From: ANME-2 cluster archaeon
Lineage (GTDB): Archaea > Halobacteriota > Methanosarcinia > Methanosarcinales > Methanocomedenaceae
Reading direction: 5' to 3'
DNA: 64,000 bases
Assembly: GCA_019429385.1 (NCBI GenBank)
Contig: JAHYIS010000009.1
Location: 1,611 to 65,610 of the forward strand
Shown here one piece after another: positions 26,449 to 36,049 of the stretch. Each line of letters starts with the position of its first letter. Positions within the stretch are counted from its first letter, which is position 1. The notes beneath the pieces are model-generated. The model searched no databases. It worked only from the letters and a program-made list of their open reading frames with translations, and had not been told where the DNA came from. The position numbers and the translations under genes are program-made.

Positions 26449-26655
26449 ATGAGTGAAAGAAAATATTTGATTGAATCCAGGCGCTATACGGGTGATAACG
26501 GTAAAATGAAATATGATAGCTGGATCACTTCAGCCAACGTCATAGAAGTTAAACATGAGGAGCAGTACATCGTGTTCTTCCCACTGGAAGGAGAGGAAGC
26601 AGGTAAAAAACACTACTTACCATTCTCAAATATCCATATAGTGCGCGAAATATAG
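26449..26655 (+). CDS. hypothetical small protein
   Basis: 68-aa ORF with AGGTGA 8 nt upstream of the ATG. No family recognised. Confidence 0.4.
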   Translation: MSERKYLIESRRYTGDNGKMKYDSWITSANVIEVKHEEQYIVFFPLEGEEAGKKHYLPFSNIHIVREI

Positions 26656-26709
26656 ACGCAATAATAGGCGGGGTCAATATCTCTCCAGATGAAAAAGTCC
26701 CTGACAACA

Positions 26710-27642
26710 TTACCCTGATACTTCTAACCTGACAGACTCGTTGGGTCTGGTATACCAGGGCAGAGCAGCCAGTGCACCTATAACACCGTTGCCATCAAGC
26801 CATATCTTGACATGCTTTAATCCGGCTGTTTTCAGGGCATATTCCTTCGTGAGTATCCCTGTCCTGCATTCCCTGCTGTAATCCTCAAGTTGTGATGCAT
26901 CGAAATCGTCCAGTACCACCATGCCGGTCTCGCTGGAGACACTATACTGTTCCAGGGCAGATTTGATATCTGTGAACAAGGACTGTTTAGAATCATTATC
27001 AATGCAGGCGAATTCCAACACGGTTGATACACAGTTCTGGGTCTTTGCCGGAACCGGGAACAGTTGCACCAGGGCATGTGATAGGTATTTTGCCTCAACA
27101 CGGTCAATAGCTGATGCAATGTTATGGGCCATGGACCAGGTAGCACCTTCTTCTTTATTATCAGTATCGTCAATACCCACCAGCACCCGCTCATACCTTG
27201 GAACGGTAATGGTACCCTTTGCAGCCCTTCCACCGCCTGACTCGGATATTTCCGAGCGCAGTACACCCTTACTCCTGGCGCGGCATACAGTAGCGCCTAC
27301 ACCTCCGCCGCCCAGCCCCGCATAGGTAATAGCAACTTCATTGCCAGATACTTTTACCGATTCTATGCCCGCGGCAGCTACCGAAGCTTCAAGTTTGAGC
27401 GGCTCGGTCCCGGTCCTGGTGCGATAGCGTATCGTATTACCCACTGATATTACCTTGTCAATCAGGGGACTGCTTGCATAGTGGTGCATTGTCCAGGCCG
27501 AGCCCCCGTAGCAATTTGATTGCTCGATGATATCGACATGCCTGTTCTCGCGGTCACATATTGCATATATTCCGGCGTAGGTCACAGTATATGGGTCATT
27601 AAGGTTCATTTGCGCTGCTCCGGACTTCAAATCCTCATCCAT
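26710..27642 (-). CDS. conserved archaeal protein with a TiaS-kinase-domain-like C-terminal half (possibly methanogenesis marker 11)
   Basis: VLVGIDDTDNKEEGATWSMAHNIASAI...LVQLFPVPAKTQNCVSTVLEF parallels the TiaS N-terminal pattern GIDDTDS..GMCTTY...LVRLNPNIPYKTRGNGA. It overlaps the dys stop by 8 nt. Confidence 0.5.
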   Translation of the reverse strand: MDEDLKSGAAQMNLNDPYTVTYAGIYAICDRENRHVDIIEQSNCYGGSAWTMHHYASSPLIDKVISVGNTIRYRTRTGTEPLKLEASVAAAGIESVKVSGNEVAITYAGLGGGGVGATVCRARSKGVLRSEISESGGGRAAKGTITVPRYERVLVGIDDTDNKEEGATWSMAHNIASAIDRVEAKYLSHALVQLFPVPAKTQNCVSTVLEFACIDNDSKQSLFTDIKSALEQYSVSSETGMVVLDDFDASQLEDYSRECRTGILTKEYALKTAGLKHVKIWLDGNGVIGALAALPWYTRPNESVRLEVSG

Positions 27643-28669
27643 ACCGCACCTTCAATCCATTCTCACTCCATTCAAACACCGGTCCCCTGCGCTCAACCCC
27701 ATCCATCCGCTCGCGCAACGCATGTGCCACAATAGGCAGCGCAATCGTAGCATCCACGAACACCTGCACTTTCCTGGCACCCCCGGCAATCTTACCCCAG
27801 GACACAGCTTCATCGAAAGTACACCCGGACAATCCTCCCCAGTGGGGTGCGTCCGTAGTATACTGGATGGCATAATCATGCCCCTCCACATCCCCGCCCA
27901 TCAGGGATGCAATAACCTCGGTCTGCTGGATAAAGTTCTTGGGCACACCACCGCCAACATATATCACGCCCGTCTTTTTGGACTGTTCCACGATCTGCGT
28001 AATCTCATCCGCATCCTTAATCTGGTCTACTATTAACTCATGTCCCTGGCGGCGGGCATACACCAATCCAATGCCGATAGACGAATCCGTCAGAGCAGGT
28101 ATGAATATTGGAACATTATGTTCATATGCACTCACAATAATGGAATCACTACGCCCACCGAGTTCCTTCACCCGGGCACCCAGAAGCGAAATAAATTCCC
28201 GGGATGAATATGTCCTCCCATTGTCAAGGGATGCACCGAAATTACCTATCAGCCTGTCAGCCTCCCTGAACTCCTCCTCAACAGCAAACACATCATGTAT
28301 CCTGTCAATACCATGGCTGAACAGGGTCTCATCGTTCGCCAGGTGGGTGCCGATATAGTGTTTCCGGTTCAGGCTCTCGTGGATGTCGTGAAAGATATTG
28401 GCACCCGTAGAGACCAGACAGTCGATCATCCTGTGCTTTATAAGGTGAGTAATGATACCCCTCATACCGGCCGGAACCATAGCACCGGACAATCCCATCA
28501 TTATTGTAACCTCATCCTCCTGTAACATATGGACCCATGCTTCCACTGATTCACCCAGTTTCCTGCCCTGGAATCCGGTCCTGGTCATAGCACGGGTTAT
28601 TTCACTGATAGTCCTGTCTGTCACATCCATCGGGACAGTTGGGTGATGGGTAAATTGTTCTTTATTCAT
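27635..28669 (-). CDS. dys: deoxyhypusine synthase
   Basis: 344 aa. DHS motifs GLSGAMVPAGMRG, VSTGANIFHD, IYVGGGVPKNF, DAPHWGGLSG. Confidence 0.9.
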   Translation of the reverse strand: MNKEQFTHHPTVPMDVTDRTISEITRAMTRTGFQGRKLGESVEAWVHMLQEDEVTIMMGLSGAMVPAGMRGIITHLIKHRMIDCLVSTGANIFHDIHESLNRKHYIGTHLANDETLFSHGIDRIHDVFAVEEEFREADRLIGNFGASLDNGRTYSSREFISLLGARVKELGGRSDSIIVSAYEHNVPIFIPALTDSSIGIGLVYARRQGHELIVDQIKDADEITQIVEQSKKTGVIYVGGGVPKNFIQQTEVIASLMGGDVEGHDYAIQYTTDAPHWGGLSGCTFDEAVSWGKIAGGARKVQVFVDATIALPIVAHALRERMDGVERRGPVFEWSENGLKVRYG

Positions 28670-28680
28670 GGAATACGCGC

Positions 28681-30597
28681 CTAAAAATCAAGATATGTAT
28701 AATCATTTATCTCATTTTTCATATTGTTCAGAATGCTTTTAGCTATCTGGGGATTCAACTCATCTTCGTCTACTGCCTTTTGTATGGATGATTCGATACT
28801 TTTCACCAGGCCCTGTCTGTTGAAATGGAGCATTTTCAAGACCGAACTTACATTATCACCTTTAATGATCTTCTTAATTTCCCATTCGTCTTCATCCTTA
28901 GCAACAATATGTACCTCATGCACAGCTCCGAACAGGTTATGGAGGTCACCGATAGCGTCCTGGTAGGCCCCGAGAAGAAGTACGGCTATATAATAGGGTT
29001 GTTTATCAAGTGAATGCAACTCCAGCATTTCCTTTACATCCATAACATCGGTGAACCGGTCTATCTCACCATCAGAATCACAGGTCATATCAAGTATAGT
29101 ACCAATACACTCGGGCTGCATGTTCAATTTCTGTATGGGCACGATAGGGAATAGCTGATCTATGGCCCAGAAATCGGGCATGGACTGGAACAATGAAAAA
29201 TTACCGATGTATTTCTTGGATAATAATTTTCTAACATAATCGAACTCTTCCGATTTATTCCCGGTCTGCTTGATGAATTTATGTATTTTCTGGCATATAT
29301 TATAAAATAGTGTTTCTCCCTTAGCTTTCTCTGCCAGGTCCAACTGGCCCAGGTTGAACATATTGATAAGTTCTTCCTTAAACTCCAGACTGTCGTGGTA
29401 GTATTCGCGGTAGTTCTTCACGGTAATCTCATTAAAACAGCTCTGGAATTTCTTAATGACATTAGAATCGTCCTCGGCAACTTCAAAATCCACATTATGT
29501 ATGATGGATTTCTCATACGCCAGATTGGTAATGAGCATGGAATGATAGACAGCCACTGCCCTCCCACTCTCTGATACAATGGTCGGGTGTTCAATGCCTT
29601 CCTCGTCACAAACCTCCTTGAGAGTGAACACCACATTATTGGTATATTCCTGCATGGCATAATTGGCACTGGCATCGGATGAGGTCTTGCTGCCATCATA
29701 ATCAATACCAAGCCCCCCGCCAATATTAAAGTATTCCAGTTCAGGAGCCCGTTTCTTGACCTCGACATATATCCTTGAAGCTTCCATTACCGCATTTTGT
29801 ATACGTCGAATATCTGTGATCTGGGAGCCAATATGAAAATGCAGCATCTTCAGGTTCTGTATCATGCCATTACTTTTCAGTTTCTCTACGGCACTGAGCA
29901 GTTCACCGGTAGTCAATCCGAACTTTGCAGATTCACCGCCCGATTCAACCCATTTGCCGCTCCCCCGTGAATATAACCGAATGCGAATACCCAAACAGGG
30001 ATTGACACTGAGTTTTTTGGATTGCCTGATAATATCGTTTATCTCGTTCAACTGGTCTATCACCAGAATGATGTTCTTCCTGAAATGGGTAGCTTGCAGG
30101 GCTGTCCTGATATAATTCTTGTCCTTGTAACCGTTGCATACCAATAGCGATTCAGGGCTCAGTTTGAAGAACAGGCTCTCAATAAGTTCAGGCTTACTAC
30201 CCGCTTCCAATCCATAATTGTATTTCCTGCCAACCCTGACTATCTCTTCCACTACATCCTTGCGCTGATTTACCTTTAAGGGAAATACACCTTTATAGGA
30301 GCCCTGGTACTGGAATTCATCAATTGAATGCTCAAATGAATGATATAATTCGCTTATACGGCTCTCAAGTATCTGGGGAAAACGAAACAGTATAGGAGGT
30401 TTTATCCGGTTCTTTTTAAGGTATTCCATCACTTCCAGGATCTCGACCTTATTCTTGCCTTTACCAGGTTTCACCAAAAGATTGCCTTTGCGGTTTATGT
30501 CAAAATATCCACTGCCCCAATTATCAATGCCGTATAGTTCTTTGGATTTTTCATTTTTCCAACCTGCTCCGTCATCGATATTCTTCATTTTTCTCAT
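28681..30597 (-). CDS. speA: biosynthetic arginine decarboxylase, PLP-dependent SpeA type
   Basis: 638 aa. YGIDNWGSGYF, PILFRFPQILESRI, FPLKVNQ, HFHIGSQ, NIGGGLGIDYDG: the characteristic SpeA layout. Confidence 0.9.
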   Translation of the reverse strand: MRKMKNIDDGAGWKNEKSKELYGIDNWGSGYFDINRKGNLLVKPGKGKNKVEILEVMEYLKKNRIKPPILFRFPQILESRISELYHSFEHSIDEFQYQGSYKGVFPLKVNQRKDVVEEIVRVGRKYNYGLEAGSKPELIESLFFKLSPESLLVCNGYKDKNYIRTALQATHFRKNIILVIDQLNEINDIIRQSKKLSVNPCLGIRIRLYSRGSGKWVESGGESAKFGLTTGELLSAVEKLKSNGMIQNLKMLHFHIGSQITDIRRIQNAVMEASRIYVEVKKRAPELEYFNIGGGLGIDYDGSKTSSDASANYAMQEYTNNVVFTLKEVCDEEGIEHPTIVSESGRAVAVYHSMLITNLAYEKSIIHNVDFEVAEDDSNVIKKFQSCFNEITVKNYREYYHDSLEFKEELINMFNLGQLDLAEKAKGETLFYNICQKIHKFIKQTGNKSEEFDYVRKLLSKKYIGNFSLFQSMPDFWAIDQLFPIVPIQKLNMQPECIGTILDMTCDSDGEIDRFTDVMDVKEMLELHSLDKQPYYIAVLLLGAYQDAIGDLHNLFGAVHEVHIVAKDEDEWEIKKIIKGDNVSSVLKMLHFNRQGLVKSIESSIQKAVDEDELNPQIAKSILNNMKNEINDYTYLDF

Positions 30598-30725
30598 TTG
30601 ACATTGTCACTTCCGGATATTAATAAATTTTAACATAAATAGGACTATTCATTTTAAGTTTTTCTGTGCAAATAGGCTTTTTAGGATAAAACTATTTCAT
30701 CTATAACTATTGAAGGACTGGTATT

Positions 30726-31784
30726 ATGATAAATGATGTGTTTTTCAGGTCAGTAAAAGATGTGGGAGCGAAAAACAGCCAACCAGAGCAAATAAGAGAA
30801 TTGTTCCCTAAAATATCACCTGTCAATCAAGATGATATTGTGGCCATTAAGATACATCCTGGTGAATATGGCAATACCACCCACATAAGACCAGTGCTGG
30901 TACGCACGGTCGTTGACCTTGTCAGGGATGCGGGGGGCATTCCTTTTGTCACCGATACAACTACCCTGTACAAAGGTAGGAAACTTAATGCTGCAGAATT
31001 GATATGGGCGGCCGCGATGAACGGTTTTACCCAGGCCAGCATGAACGCACCGTTCATTGTGGCGGATGGATTGATGGGAGATGATGCTGTGAATATCGAC
31101 ATCGGGGGTTCACTATTGAAAGACATTACCGTTGCATCAGCTATCGCAAAAGCTGATTCCATGATAGTCCTATCTCATGCCAAAGGTCATCCCGGTTCAG
31201 GATTCGGGGGCGCTATTAAGAACCTGGGTATGGGTTGCCTGGATAAAGAAGGTAAGACCAGGGTCCATGAAGTAGGAAAACCGACTATTGATCCCGAGAA
31301 ATGCATCGCCTGTGGCGAATGTATCGATATTTGTGCCTGGAAAGCCCTGGTATTGGGAGATACCCATGCCAGAGTGGACCATGAAATGTGCCGGGGCGAA
31401 CTGGCATGTATGGGCTCTTGCCCGCAGGAAGCTATCATTGCTCCTGATGACGTGAATGTGAAGATGCAAAGGCTGCTGGGCGAGGCGGCACTTGGCCCTA
31501 TCAAATGCCTGAATGGCAGGATAGGTTATATCAACTGGATATATGACCTGACCCCGGGGTGTGATTGCTTCAACTTCTCAGCGCCCAATTTTGTAGAAGA
31601 CATAGGCATTACGGCGTCTACCAACCCTGTAGCTATAGATATGGCAACAATTGACCTCATCAATGAAACGATGGGACATCACGGCAGGAATATTACCGAT
31701 GTGTGGGGTATCGACCCGATTGTACATCTCAGGTATGCCGAACAGATAGGTTGTGGAAAAATGGAATATTCCCTGTCAAAATAA
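30726..31784 (+). CDS. DUF362 domain protein with a 2x[4Fe-4S] ferredoxin insert
   Basis: VAIKIHPGEYGN and LSHAKGHPGSGFGGAIKNLGMGC (DUF362), plus CIACGECIDIC and CRGELACMGSCP clusters. Confidence 0.7.
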   Translation: MINDVFFRSVKDVGAKNSQPEQIRELFPKISPVNQDDIVAIKIHPGEYGNTTHIRPVLVRTVVDLVRDAGGIPFVTDTTTLYKGRKLNAAELIWAAAMNGFTQASMNAPFIVADGLMGDDAVNIDIGGSLLKDITVASAIAKADSMIVLSHAKGHPGSGFGGAIKNLGMGCLDKEGKTRVHEVGKPTIDPEKCIACGECIDICAWKALVLGDTHARVDHEMCRGELACMGSCPQEAIIAPDDVNVKMQRLLGEAALGPIKCLNGRIGYINWIYDLTPGCDCFNFSAPNFVEDIGITASTNPVAIDMATIDLINETMGHHGRNITDVWGIDPIVHLRYAEQIGCGKMEYSLSK

Positions 31785-31822
31785 AGCATTTACTTTTATA
31801 AGTAAGAATATAATGTAATTTT

Positions 31823-32140
31823 ATGTTCGAATTTGTAATCGATATATCGTCAAAGGTCTTTGCTTCAATAGGTGCGGTAATTATTCTCTATGGTGGTGCC
31901 CTGGCAGCAATAAATACGTTAAAAATGGAGATAAGGAGAACTTCACTGAACTATCATGATGTGCGCAGGGATTTTACGCATAAGATTATTTTTGGACTGG
32001 ATTTTCTCATTGCAGGTGATATCCTCAAAACCATCGTTGCCCCCACGCAGGATGAACTGATCCTGCTTGGTGCGATTGTTATTATCAGAACCATTTTGGG
32101 ATATTTTTTGGGAAAGGAAGCTATCGAATTTGATCATTGA
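31823..32140 (+). CDS. DUF1622-like membrane protein
   Basis: 105 aa. Pattern VRRDFTHKIIFGLDFLIAGDILKT, flanked by TM helices. Confidence 0.6.
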   Translation: MFEFVIDISSKVFASIGAVIILYGGALAAINTLKMEIRRTSLNYHDVRRDFTHKIIFGLDFLIAGDILKTIVAPTQDELILLGAIVIIRTILGYFLGKEAIEFDH

Positions 32141-32352
32141 TTCCTGAATCCCAATCAGTTATTTTGTTTTAAAATGAATCTAATATTAAGAAACGTAAGG
32201 ACAACATTGGCAAAATTTTATATACCCACAAGACGTAAGAGAGTTTAAGATTTAAAGCTGTTTTGGTTCAAGGATTTATGGAAGTGTACGTCAATAACGT
32301 TTTTCCGTGTTTTTGCCAGAGTAGTCGATAATCAAATTTAAGGATGTGTAGT

Positions 32353-32559
32353 ATGTTCGGAAATCAAGAATATAGTGCTCCGGTAAAAGCCGGGGAAACT
32401 TACGATGTGTCGATTGAAGATTTAGCAAGAGAAGGCGACGGTGTCGCTAAAGTTGAAGGTTTTATTATCTTCGTACCTGGAACAAAGGTCGGAGATGAAG
32501 TTACAATCAAAGTCAATAAAGTAATGCGAAAATTCGCTATTGCTGAAGTCGTAGACTAA
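32353..32559 (+). CDS. TRAM domain-containing protein
   Basis: GETYDVSIEDLAREGDGVAKVEGFIIFVPGTKVGDEVTIKVNKV is a canonical stand-alone TRAM fold pattern. The second ATG is preferred for RBS spacing. Confidence 0.8.
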   Translation: MFGNQEYSAPVKAGETYDVSIEDLAREGDGVAKVEGFIIFVPGTKVGDEVTIKVNKVMRKFAIAEVVD

Positions 32560-32586
32560 GACTTTTCATTCAACTTTCTTAATAAA

Positions 32587-32619
32587 TGGCTTTGGGTCTT
32601 GTAAAAAAGACCTGGGCCA
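32587..32619. terminator. hairpin between convergent genes
   Basis: TGGC..GGTCTT gtaaaa AAGACC..GCCA imperfect stem-loop between the TRAM gene (+) and the nucleotidyltransferase gene (-). Confidence 0.35.
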
Positions 32620-32723
32620 TTCAATAGTAATATGGGATTGATGTGGTGCGCAAACTACATTTTTTATAATTATGCCACCATGGCAAAATATATCCCAATA
32701 ATATTTTTTTTCTTCATTTACAT

Positions 32724-33443
32724 TTAACGTCTTCGTCTATTTTTCACCCGTCTGCGCACCAGTGAATTCGAAGCAATTATCTGTTCGAGCACAGCTTCAA
32801 ACCCCTCATCCTGAGCCAGTGGTCTATCAAGATATACACCCGTAGTACCCACCTTTGCCCGCCTTTTCAGCACCCGTATCCTCTCATCCACGATTTGTTG
32901 CCCGATTCCTAACCTTTTTGCTACCATACCAGACGTTATGTCTGATAATGGCGTCTCTGCATGACCTTCAGCTATAGGCTCGATCAACATCAGCCGTTTA
33001 TCCACACCAGGAACGCGGTTGTTATTAACATCTTCCAGGCCCTCAGCCCCGATCATACCTCCAAAGGCATAAAAATCCAGTTCCCTCTCAGTAGGTTGTG
33101 TCAAAGGGAAAGTAACCATTTCCTTTTGGGAAAGATGTACATGTGCCTTGACCAGGGCACCGGGTGTGGCCTGCACCAGTTTGCGACCCGTAATCCCCAT
33201 ATCATCCAGTGCCAGTTCTACTCTGAAGGATTGCACAACCCCTGGAATTATTATATCAATGTCACTACCGGTTGATACGTCACCCCGGGCAAGGCTGCCG
33301 TAAATAAAACACTCTAACCCGGCTCGTTCCAGTGCATCGAGTATACTTGCTGCCCGTCCCCTGAGTACCATTAACAGTTCCCAGTGTGATGTGTCGTAAA
33401 TGATCTCACAGGGTTGCCCCATGGTAGCCGTCTTGTGCCTCAT
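32724..33443 (-). CDS. nucleotidyltransferase (pol-beta superfamily) domain protein
   Basis: GSLARGDVSTGSDIDII is the GS-x9-DxD NTase motif. 239 aa with a basic C-terminal tail. Confidence 0.7.
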   Translation of the reverse strand: MRHKTATMGQPCEIIYDTSHWELLMVLRGRAASILDALERAGLECFIYGSLARGDVSTGSDIDIIIPGVVQSFRVELALDDMGITGRKLVQATPGALVKAHVHLSQKEMVTFPLTQPTERELDFYAFGGMIGAEGLEDVNNNRVPGVDKRLMLIEPIAEGHAETPLSDITSGMVAKRLGIGQQIVDERIRVLKRRAKVGTTGVYLDRPLAQDEGFEAVLEQIIASNSLVRRRVKNRRRR

Positions 33444-33597
33444 TCATGTACGAGATGTCATTCCACCCTAATAAAACACAAAGTCTAATAAATCAAACCT
33501 CAATAATATTATACATGAATACCAGCGCAATGACAATTGTACACCGGCAAAAACATTTATTCAGTCTCAAACCTCTTTTTGGAGATGTGAAAAGAAC

Positions 33598-34950
33598 ATG
33601 AAATTATTTGGCACCAATGGTGTTCGAGGAATCGCGAACAAGGAAATGACCGCTGATATGGCCCTGGCGTTGGGAAAGAGCCTTGGCACCTACATGCAAC
33701 GACACAATTTGGGAATACGGGTAACAGTGGGCAGGGATACCCGCATCTCGGGTGATATGCTAAAGAGTGCAGCGATAGCAGGATTGTTATCAACCGGACT
33801 GGAAGTCACGGACGTTGGAGTGCTTCCCACTCCTGCACTTCAGTATTATGTGCGAAACCATGCAGATGCCGGCGTGATGATAACCGCCTCCCACAATCCC
33901 AGAGAATATAACGGGTTAAAGATCGTTGCAGGAGATGGGACAGAGTTCTCCCGCAGTGGTGAGGCAGAAGTGGAAGATATATATTTTTCACAAAAGTTCC
34001 ATTCCGCAGTATGGGACCGGACGGGTACTTTTTCAAGGGATTCAACTGCTCTGGGAACATATATGGAGGCTATTACATCACTGGTGGATGGGGAAATGAT
34101 ACGCAATGCAAAACTAACCGTGGTGGTTGACCCTGGTTGCGGTGCCAGTTGTGAAGTGAGCCCTTTGTTACTGCGGCAGCTGGGATGCAAAGTCATTACG
34201 CTCAATGCCCAACCCGATGGCACATTTCCGGGGAGGGCACCTGAACCCACAAAAGACGCGTTGACTGACCTTATGAACATGGTCAAAGCTTCGGGCGCAG
34301 ACCTTGGTGTTGCCCATGATGGGGATGCTGACAGGGTTGCTTTTGTGGATGAAATGGGTGAGTTCCTTGACGAAGAAGACCTGCTTGCCTTGATGGCAGG
34401 GCATGTGCTAAGCCACAAAAAAGGTAAAGTCGTTACCCCGGTCAGTTCTTCCCTGCAAATCAGGGACGTGACCGAATCCATGGGCGGAGAACTTATCTGG
34501 ACAGCCGTGGGCAGTATCGATGTGGCACGTAAGATGATAGATACCGGGGCAGTTTTCGGCGGAGAGGGGAATGGTGGCCTGATATTCCCAGAATTCCAGT
34601 ATTGCCGTGATGGTGCAATGACCGCTGCCAGGATGCTGGAAATACTAGCCGGGGGCAGGAAACTTTCAAAACTGAAGAGTGGATTGCCCGTGTATCATAA
34701 CATAAAGACCAAAATACGGTGCAACAATCTGGAGGATGTCCTTCAAAAGGTTGCATGTGTCTTGAAAGAGCAGGACCTGGATGTGGATAATACTGACGGG
34801 TTGAAGGTATGGTATCCTGACGGATGGATACTTATCAGGCCAAGTGGTACAGAACCTATTATGCGGATATATGCAGAATCTAAATCTCCAGACCGTGCCA
34901 GGGAATTGATGGAATACGGAACCGGGTTGGTTGAAAAATATAATATATGA
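33598..34950 (+). CDS. glmM: phosphoglucosamine mutase / phosphohexomutase
   Basis: Active-site TASHNPREYNG, metal loop GVAHDGDADR, sugar loop GGEGNGG, phosphate loop RPSGTEP. Confidence 0.85.
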   Translation: MKLFGTNGVRGIANKEMTADMALALGKSLGTYMQRHNLGIRVTVGRDTRISGDMLKSAAIAGLLSTGLEVTDVGVLPTPALQYYVRNHADAGVMITASHNPREYNGLKIVAGDGTEFSRSGEAEVEDIYFSQKFHSAVWDRTGTFSRDSTALGTYMEAITSLVDGEMIRNAKLTVVVDPGCGASCEVSPLLLRQLGCKVITLNAQPDGTFPGRAPEPTKDALTDLMNMVKASGADLGVAHDGDADRVAFVDEMGEFLDEEDLLALMAGHVLSHKKGKVVTPVSSSLQIRDVTESMGGELIWTAVGSIDVARKMIDTGAVFGGEGNGGLIFPEFQYCRDGAMTAARMLEILAGGRKLSKLKSGLPVYHNIKTKIRCNNLEDVLQKVACVLKEQDLDVDNTDGLKVWYPDGWILIRPSGTEPIMRIYAESKSPDRARELMEYGTGLVEKYNI

Positions 34951-34964
34951 GAGAGGTAAAGTAA

Positions 34965-35132
34965 ATGACACAAGGATGCCCCCATATCTCAGGTGTCTGG
35001 TGCAAACTGGACCCAAAGTTCTATAAGCCTAAACCAGATGAATTAAATACTTATTGTTCGAACAGCGACAATTACATAAACTGTCCAATTTATGAAAAAT
35101 TCGCAAACATGGAAGGTTGTGCCTGTAGTTAA
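34965..35132 (+). CDS. small Cys-rich protein (55 aa)
   Basis: MTQGCPHISGVWCKLDPKFYKPKPDELNTYCSNSDNYINCPIYEKFANMEGCACS. GAGAGGT lies 8-14 nt upstream. It falls below the ORF-track cutoff. Confidence 0.4.
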   Translation: MTQGCPHISGVWCKLDPKFYKPKPDELNTYCSNSDNYINCPIYEKFANMEGCACS

Positions 35133-35188
35133 CCACTATTAAGTTATGCTATGAACATACCAGAACCATAACACAATTAAACACAATT

Positions 35189-36040
35189 ATGACCACTACA
35201 GGATATGCTACCGCTCTGGGTGCAGGAACAATAGTAAACGCCATTGCCACATGGAAAGGCTCAGCTTTCGGAATCGACCTTCACACCAGTGCAGAAGTGA
35301 AATTGAATAGCACTGACCGGATAAAAGGCATCATTAAAGGTGGCGGGAATCCCAAACTCATTGAGCGGTGTGTTCAACTGGTATTTGAGAAATTCAATTG
35401 CCAGGATGGCGCTACGGTTACGACTACAAGTGAGGTCCCTATTGCATCGGGCTTAAAAAGTAGCAGTGCTGCAGCCAATGCATCGGTGCTGGCAGCCCTG
35501 GATGCTATTGGTGAGAACATGGAACCTTTGGATGCAGCCCTTTTAGGAGTACAGGCTGCCAAAGATGCCGGGGTCACTATTACTGGTGCTTTTGATGATG
35601 CTGCAGCATCAATGCTTGGGGGTGTTGTTATTACCGATAACAGGGAATTATCCCTGATATCCAGGAACGTACTGGAATCTGAAGTTATTATCTATGCGCC
35701 ACGAAAAAAAGCATACAGCTCAAGAACAGATGTGACAAGGTCCAGACTTGTTGCACCCTGGGTCGATATGGCTTATGGATTGTGTATTGAAGGGAAATAT
35801 GAACAAGCGATGACACTTAACGGTTTTTTATACTGTAGTGCTCTCGGTTTTAGAACCGAACCCATGTTAATGGCACTCGAGGTAGGGGTTGAAGGTGCCA
35901 GTCTCTCTGGTACAGGACCGGCGTATACGGCGCTGGTACATGGGGAGACAGCTGACCGATTGGTAGATGTCTGGTCGGCACTTGATGGAAAGGTTATAAG
36001 GACAGAAGTAAACAATAAAGGTGCCCGGAAAGGAAGGTAG
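35189..36040 (+). CDS. aroK: shikimate kinase, archaeal GHMP-kinase type
   Basis: 283 aa. GTIVNAIATWKGSAFGIDL and the GHMP motif PIASGLKSSSAAANA, as in the M. jannaschii-type enzyme. Confidence 0.85.
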   Translation: MTTTGYATALGAGTIVNAIATWKGSAFGIDLHTSAEVKLNSTDRIKGIIKGGGNPKLIERCVQLVFEKFNCQDGATVTTTSEVPIASGLKSSSAAANASVLAALDAIGENMEPLDAALLGVQAAKDAGVTITGAFDDAAASMLGGVVITDNRELSLISRNVLESEVIIYAPRKKAYSSRTDVTRSRLVAPWVDMAYGLCIEGKYEQAMTLNGFLYCSALGFRTEPMLMALEVGVEGASLSGTGPAYTALVHGETADRLVDVWSALDGKVIRTEVNNKGARKGR

Positions 36041-36049
36041 TGGTCAGCC

